Part shown: positions 58,514-64,000 of the stretch, piece after piece
How the letters are laid out: the number at the start of each line of letters is the position of its first letter
Numbering within the stretch: the first letter of the stretch is position 1
Source of the DNA: an uncultured delta proteobacterium
GTDB taxonomy: Bacteria > Desulfobacterota > Desulfuromonadia > Geobacterales > DSM-12255
NCBI GenBank assembly: GCA_963787125.1
Contig: CAWBBV010000014.1
Location: forward strand, 32,001-96,000
Direction: 5' to 3'
DNA: 64,000 nt
Translations under genes and position numbers: made by a program
The notes under the pieces: generated by a model
Database searches by the model: none
What the model was told of the DNA's origin: nothing
The model's input: only the letters and a program-made list of their open reading frames with translations

Positions 58514-59197
58514 TCAGAGCAGAATATCTGCACTGGTTCCGCTGTTCGGCGCTGCCATTAAAAGTCGGTTTTTAGGGGTAATATCACCCGGTATCTGCTG
58601 AGTGATGACATTGTATCCCTGTGAACGGAGCCGGAAAACCCGGTGCACATCCACCGCCAAGGGTCCATCAAGCCAGCCTTGCAAACCGCCAAGATCAGCA
58701 TTTTTCAAGTCGTGACAACAGGGCAGCACCGCTACAGTCGCCCCGGCGGTAACTGCCCGATCGAGAATCTTATCTGTCAAGGCACCGCAAGCGTGAGCCG
58801 ATACAACCAGATCATCGGGTTGTAATTCTACTTTCATCAGGTCTGCTTCAACAAGTTGAATTCTACCTTCCAAGCGTGGCCAGTCTTGACATAGCGCTGC
58901 AGTGAGGGCATCAGCACTCTTCGGCAGATGCAAATCAACAGCGAGAGCCTGAGGCGAGCTGTTATCCAGAATCATGAGAATCTGCGCCAATAATCCGTGA
59001 CCGCAGGCAAGGTCGACTATCCGCTTGCCCCTGAAACGCCGCCGTACCCGGCGCGCGACCTCCCATGACTCATAAAACTCTTTACGCGGCAGACAGCCAG
59101 CCCGGCAAACTGACCTGGCAATTGCATCGAAAAGGCTATCTCCGGCAAATTGCGGCAGTAATTTTTCGGTAAGCCGATTTCGTGATGAACGATCCAT
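58514..59197 (-). CDS. SAM-dependent methyltransferase
   Basis: VDLACGHGL, HACGALTD, LPCC, TPKN. Confidence 0.85.
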   Translation of the reverse strand: MDRSSRNRLTEKLLPQFAGDSLFDAIARSVCRAGCLPRKEFYESWEVARRVRRRFRGKRIVDLACGHGLLAQILMILDNSSPQALAVDLHLPKSADALTAALCQDWPRLEGRIQLVEADLMKVELQPDDLVVSAHACGALTDKILDRAVTAGATVAVLPCCHDLKNADLGGLQGWLDGPLAVDVHRVFRLRSQGYNVITQQIPGDITPKNRLLMAAPNSGTSADILL

Positions 59198-59213
59198 GGT
59201 GGCAATAGCCCCT

Positions 59214-59561
59214 TTAATAAGGCCGGAGCTGACTACCGGCACCGATATGCCAATGAAGATGCTTGTCGGTCTGATAATTGCCCAGGTTCGTATAAACGCG
59301 ACAGCCACCATGCCGTGCCATAAGTTCGGCGGCAATCTGCCTGGCGATGCGCATCAGTTCCAGTAGCAGATCGTTGTCAGCTTCTTCAAGAGTTATCAGA
59401 GACTCCACGTGCCGCTTTGGCAGCAGCACCAGATGGCACTCCCATATCGGATTGGAATGGTGGAAAGCCAAAACTTGATCGTTCTCGATATAGACAGGCA
59501 GTTTGAGCAGACCGCCCAGCACCTTGTCACAGTAGAAGTCGCAAAGACTTGTCTTCTTCAT
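59214..59561 (-). CDS. HIT family protein
   Basis: HLHWH histidine triad. Confidence 0.85.
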   Translation of the reverse strand: MKKTSLCDFYCDKVLGGLLKLPVYIENDQVLAFHHSNPIWECHLVLLPKRHVESLITLEEADNDLLLELMRIARQIAAELMARHGGCRVYTNLGNYQTDKHLHWHIGAGSQLRPY

Positions 59562-59849
59562 GATGCCAACCGCAAAAGTATCATACCAGATTCCGGATCA
59601 AATTCCCTTGCGGCATCCAAGCATAAAATCTCGGTTAGCATACATCGCCATCGTTGGAAAAAGCCGCCATGACTCGCCCTGATTGCCCAACCTGATACAG
59701 CATAACCCCTCCTCTAGAACAAGCTCGATCACTCTATCACACTCTCCAGAAACATACATCACTTGACAAACTGATACCAAATAAGGCTTATTTCTACTGG
59801 CGTTGAAAACTCAGCGCTACAAACTGCAACACAATGAGGAGTTGGAACG

Positions 59850-60434
59850 ATGAAAGTGATAGATTGCCGCGGTCTTCCCTGCCCCACCCCGGTTATTATG
59901 ACAAAGAACGCAATTCAAGAGTCAATTGGTGATTTTATATGCGTAATACTTGATAATGGTGCAGCCAGAGAGAATGTCCTCCGCTTCTGCAGTTCAAAAG
60001 GCTTTACAGTAACTGAAGAGCTAGGTAACAGCTATACAACTCTTACAATCACCTGCCTGTCAAATGATACCGGATCTGAGGTGCCTCCCCTTAATAGCGC
60101 CCCTCCTGTCATACTGATAACTTCTGACAAACTTGGCAATGGCCCGGATGACCTCGGTCAACTGCTCATGAAAAATTTTATAATTACGCTTCTTGAAATA
60201 AAGGATAAGCCTGAAAAGATTCTTTTCCTCAATAGCGGTGTAATTTTGGCTACAGAGGGTTCTGAATTGCTGGAACCTCTCCAGAAACTTGCTGCTTCCG
60301 GGGTAGAAATTCTCTCCTGTGGTGTCTGCCTCGATTATTACGGCAAAAGGGATAATCTTGTCGTCGGGACTGTGACAAACATGTATACCATTGCGGAATC
60401 AATGCTCACATCAGCAAACGCCATAAGAGTTTAG
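59850..60434 (+). CDS. yedF: SirA/TusA + DsrE-like selenium metabolism protein YedF
   Basis: IDCRGLPCPTPV (TusA-like), LGQLLMKNF, SCGVCLDYY, VTNMY. Confidence 0.85.
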   Translation: MKVIDCRGLPCPTPVIMTKNAIQESIGDFICVILDNGAARENVLRFCSSKGFTVTEELGNSYTTLTITCLSNDTGSEVPPLNSAPPVILITSDKLGNGPDDLGQLLMKNFIITLLEIKDKPEKILFLNSGVILATEGSELLEPLQKLAASGVEILSCGVCLDYYGKRDNLVVGTVTNMYTIAESMLTSANAIRV

Positions 60435-60478
60435 CCAGCCAATTGTGGTATCCCATTTATCAGGGACAGGGAGAACAG

Positions 60479-61021
60479 ATGGTCAGACCATTTAAGAATG
60501 TAAATCCTTTTATTGCTTCTGATGCATTTATTGCTGAAACTGCCGTAATAATAGGTGATGTCCATATAGGTTCCCAGAGCAGCATCTGGTACAATGTAGT
60601 TATTCGCGGTGATGTGAACAGTATCAGAATCGGGCATAGATCAAACATTCAGGATTTATCTCTCATTCATGTTACCGGTAAGAAAGATGCAAACAATTCA
60701 GGATCTCCGCTCTTCATAGGTGATGATGTGACAGTTGGCCATCACGTCACACTGCACGGTTGCACAATCGGCAACAAGGCCTTTATCGGCATGAATGTAC
60801 TGATTATGGACAGAGTAGTTATAGGCGAAAGTGCTATGGTCGCAGCAGGATCTCTTGTCCCTGAAGGGACATCTATCCCTCCGGGTACACTCTGGATGGG
60901 CTCACCTGCCAGATTCAAGAGAGTGCGTACAGAAGCCGAGAAGACAAAGTCACTTGAGCTTGCAGCAGCGTATGTCAGTCTTGCAAAAACCTTTAGTGAA
61001 GAGATATTTCCACCGGCTTAA
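60479..61021 (+). CDS. Gamma carbonic anhydrase family (hexapeptide repeat)
   Basis: IRGDVN, SNIQD, VGHHVTLHGC. Confidence 0.9.
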   Translation: MVRPFKNVNPFIASDAFIAETAVIIGDVHIGSQSSIWYNVVIRGDVNSIRIGHRSNIQDLSLIHVTGKKDANNSGSPLFIGDDVTVGHHVTLHGCTIGNKAFIGMNVLIMDRVVIGESAMVAAGSLVPEGTSIPPGTLWMGSPARFKRVRTEAEKTKSLELAAAYVSLAKTFSEEIFPPA

Positions 61022-61141
61022 AGGAATCCTGCCATAAACCAAGTCTACCTTGACACGTTAATATCGACACGATATTATCGCGAGTCGTATCGTAGCCTAA
61101 CTATTCTGTAACATTAAATTTTCTGATCATGTGGTGGCGTC

Positions 61142-62737
61142 TTGAGTTCTAAAAAATCAAAACTTATCGAAAGCGCACAAAAAAACTTCCTCAAAGGTCA
61201 GCATACTCGTGCAGCAGATGAATACAGGCAGATAATTCAGCTCGATCCAACCGACATGAGGCATCGCCAAAGACTTGCCGAGATCCTGACTAAAGCAAAT
61301 CAAAAAGAAGAGGCTGTCAAAGAGTATACTTTTCTTGCGAAGCATTATGTCGACTCGGTTCATTATTTAAAAGCTATTGCAGTTTATAAGCAGATTCAGA
61401 AGCTTGACTCGTCAAATCCTGAATACTCATTGACCCTTGCCTTTCTAAACGAAAAACAGGGGCTCATTGGTAACGCTTCTGCAGAGTATGCGTCTGCAGT
61501 ACAAATCTATGAAAAAAGCGGTGAAAACCTTAAGGCGTTAAAAACTCTCACAAGTATGTTGGCGCTTGATCCTGGCAACTCAGCAGTAAGAGTAAGGATT
61601 GCTGAAAAGTATTTTACAGTAGGATCAGAAGAGCAATCTCTCAATGAATTCGAAGCTCTTTTACTGGATCTTAAAGAGAGAAATGACGAAAACGGTTTCA
61701 GGCTGATATCAGAAAGAGTTTCTAATCTTTTTGGCAAAGCTGGTGAAATTCTGCTCTTCAAAATCTCTCAGGATCAGCCAGATAACGCCCCTGAACCTAA
61801 TGATCACTTCCTTTCACCTCCTCTAGAAAAACTTAACGCCGTCGATACTCCAGATGATAACGAGATAATCTCTGAAGTTCTTCCAGATTTTTCTTCTGGA
61901 AGTGACGTCCCTGAAGATGACTCAGATTCAATATATGAAGATATCGAGCTTATTGATGAGATCATGCCAATCGATGAAGACGACGACTATAGAGAAGAAT
62001 CAGATGAATCTAAAACTGAAGATGATTGGGAGGAAGAAATCGACCTGGCTGCACTGACTCCTGAACTTGCCGTGACGGATAACCTGCATTTAGAAGCGAA
62101 TCAAAGAGATGACGCATCTTCAGCCATGGATATTTATGAAATGGAACTTGATGAACTGGAATTGGAAATTGATGAAACTACCGAACCAGCATCTGCATCA
62201 GAACCGGCGGCTTTTCTTAACTCTACGTCACTTAAGTCAGAGGAGACTTTTGATCTTGGCAAAGAGCTCTCACTTTTTGCTGATGAAATAGATTTTGATC
62301 TTTTCAGAACAGACACTACAGATACATCTTTTGATAGCACCGACTCAGGCTTAAAAAAGAGTGAACTGGACAATGAAGATTCCGAGTCGCACTACAGCCT
62401 TGGTCTTGCATATAAGGAGATGGGTCTCTTTGATGAAGCCATCGCCGAATTTATTGTTGCCTCACGCGCCATTGAGCGGCGTATTGATGCCTTGATATTG
62501 CAGGGAGTATGTCTAAGAGAAATCGGCCAAATCAATAAGGCTGTCGAGATATTTTCTGACGCACTCTTGGATAAAAACATAAGTGACGACGAGTATTTGG
62601 GGATTAAGTATGAGCTGGCACTCTGCTGCGAGGCGTCCGGAGAATTGAGGAGAGCGAGGGAACTGTTTACTGAAATAAGCATAGCCCGTCCGTCATTCAG
62701 TGATGTCGCAGTGCACCTTAGAAACCTGCAGGATTAA
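61142..62737 (+). CDS. TPR protein with acidic central linker
   Basis: N- and C-terminal TPR-like helices, HYSLGLAYKEMGL, D/E-rich middle. Confidence 0.8.
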   Translation: MSSKKSKLIESAQKNFLKGQHTRAADEYRQIIQLDPTDMRHRQRLAEILTKANQKEEAVKEYTFLAKHYVDSVHYLKAIAVYKQIQKLDSSNPEYSLTLAFLNEKQGLIGNASAEYASAVQIYEKSGENLKALKTLTSMLALDPGNSAVRVRIAEKYFTVGSEEQSLNEFEALLLDLKERNDENGFRLISERVSNLFGKAGEILLFKISQDQPDNAPEPNDHFLSPPLEKLNAVDTPDDNEIISEVLPDFSSGSDVPEDDSDSIYEDIELIDEIMPIDEDDDYREESDESKTEDDWEEEIDLAALTPELAVTDNLHLEANQRDDASSAMDIYEMELDELELEIDETTEPASASEPAAFLNSTSLKSEETFDLGKELSLFADEIDFDLFRTDTTDTSFDSTDSGLKKSELDNEDSESHYSLGLAYKEMGLFDEAIAEFIVASRAIERRIDALILQGVCLREIGQINKAVEIFSDALLDKNISDDEYLGIKYELALCCEASGELRRARELFTEISIARPSFSDVAVHLRNLQD

Positions 62738-63357
62738 AGTAACGCCATAATTTCCTCATGCTGGTCTATTCTTGCCATACCGGGGAGGTCGGCTTTGTAA
62801 CCGATAAAAGGAACTCCGGCAGCTGCTGCTGCCTGGGAATCGACAGCCGAGTCTCCGACAAAGAGAGCTTCTTCAGGCTTGAGTTCGTAGTGGTCAAGTA
62901 TTCTCAGGAGAGGGTCAGGATGGGGCTTGGGAAAAGATGCTTTGGAAGCCGTCATTACAAAACTGAAATAATCAGTCAGGTTAAACCTGTTCAGCACTGC
63001 ATCCATTGAGGTAGAACGGTTTGTGCAGACGGCAAGATGAACTACCCCCTTCAGCTGCTCAAGTGTCTCAACTAAACCATTCTCCATCTCCATTAACTGA
63101 ATCAACCTCACGTAGTCAATGGATCCGGCAAATTTGGCGGCAACCTCACATCGCTCTTTTTCCGGGAAGAAGTGCTTCAGAACTTCACTGTTAGCATACG
63201 TATGTATCACTCTCATCATGTCCACATCACTGCGATCAAGTGTAATTCCCATGTAATTGAAAACCGACTCATAAAAAGCACAGTTTGCTTCCAGAGAATT
63301 AAACATTACGCCGTCACAGTCATAAATAACCGCCTTGATTTTCTGCCTGTAATTCAC
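62734..63357 (-). CDS. HAD-family hydrolase
   Basis: YDCDGV, KPHP, VGDS. Confidence 0.9.
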   Translation of the reverse strand: MNYRQKIKAVIYDCDGVMFNSLEANCAFYESVFNYMGITLDRSDVDMMRVIHTYANSEVLKHFFPEKERCEVAAKFAGSIDYVRLIQLMEMENGLVETLEQLKGVVHLAVCTNRSTSMDAVLNRFNLTDYFSFVMTASKASFPKPHPDPLLRILDHYELKPEEALFVGDSAVDSQAAAAAGVPFIGYKADLPGMARIDQHEEIMALL

Positions 63358-63360
63358 AAC

Positions 63361-63660
63361 TTACTCCTGCAAATCGGATCGACTCAGATATTCATCCCAC
63401 TCCATGGGGAGAAGATACTTCTTTCTGCTGTTGCATTCCTTGCATGCCGGCACAAGATTGCCGCGGACGCTTTTGCCGCCGCGAATAATTGGGACAAGAT
63501 GATCCATGGTGAGTTCTTGCGGCGGGAAGATGTTGCCACAATAATGGCAGAGCCCTTTTGCAACTCGGCTGCTCCACCAGCGGCTTTTTCGGAGCTCTCT
63601 GGCTTTGTCCTTCTCAGCACGGATCTGCTGCTCGGAAATTTCGGAAATAAAATAACCCAT
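63361..63660 (-). CDS. Small HNH endonuclease
   Basis: CHYC...TMDHLVP..RGG...NLVPACKECN. Confidence 0.88.
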   Translation of the reverse strand: MGYFISEISEQQIRAEKDKARELRKSRWWSSRVAKGLCHYCGNIFPPQELTMDHLVPIIRGGKSVRGNLVPACKECNSRKKYLLPMEWDEYLSRSDLQE

Positions 63661-63662
63661 CG

Positions 63663-64000
63663 TTACCCCACATGCCCTGCAAGCATCTCCTTGATAGCCG
63701 CCCTTGCAAGGACATCACACCTCTCATTTTCAATATGTCCGGCGTGCCCTCTGACCCAGTTCCATTGAATCTGGTGAGTTCTTGACAGTTCCTGCAACCG
63801 TTCCCACAGGTCACGATTAAGTACCGGTTCTTTTTTACTATTAATCCAGCCTTTTCTGATCCAGCCGGAAAGCCATTCGGTCATCCCTTTGACTAGGTAT
63901 TGGGAATCTGATGTTACTGAAACGACGCATGGCCGGTTCAAAGACTCAAGAGCCGTAATTGCAGCAGTAAGCTCCATACGGTTGTTGGTAGTGATTATCT
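63663..64000 (-). CDS. rnhA: Ribonuclease HI (5' end beyond the window)
   Basis: [26 protein letters not shown]. Confidence 0.95.
   Translation of the reverse strand, partial: IITTNNRMELTAAITALESLNRPCVVSVTSDSQYLVKGMTEWLSGWIRKGWINSKKEPVLNRDLWERLQELSRTHQIQWNWVRGHAGHIENERCDVLARAAIKEMLAGHVG

Noticed and set aside
63361..63660. HNH gene as a mobile or defence nuclease
   Set aside because: Tightly packed in a housekeeping rnhA-HNH-HAD run with no mobility signs

Overview
The window looks like a Geobacteraceae-type (Desulfuromonadia) chromosome segment; this is inferred from the surE-pcm-rpoS-apt order, multiheme cytochromes and yedF. Positions ~1-38,800 form a decayed accessory region ending at the 3' end of tRNA-Gly(GCC). 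It holds an RND efflux operon, three hipBA-type toxin-antitoxin modules plus a fourth hipA scrap, a truncated WYL gene, an RT-less internally deleted group IIC intron in an attC-like hairpin, IS6-, ISNCY- and IS110-type elements, and a cytochrome P460/SorAB-like/TauE sulfur cluster. The best candidate for an undescribed system is an ~11.5 kb minus-strand cluster (21305 to 9862). It carries two probable selenoproteins that the ORF track misses or truncates: an 89-aa UxxC thioredoxin-like protein and an FmdB-type zinc ribbon ending GG-U-KF, each with a SECIS-like hairpin. They flank a 9-10-heme cytochrome c and precede a MacAB-like ABC exporter, SAM methyltransferases and a CoA-disulfide reductase-rhodanese. 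Divergent from it is a TM+RAPP putative ribosome-arrest leader upstream of pal. Positions ~39,000-64,000 are mostly core genes, with a small mqsRA/integrase-remnant islet at tRNA-Arg(CCT). All calls come from reading the sequence by eye; no searches were run.
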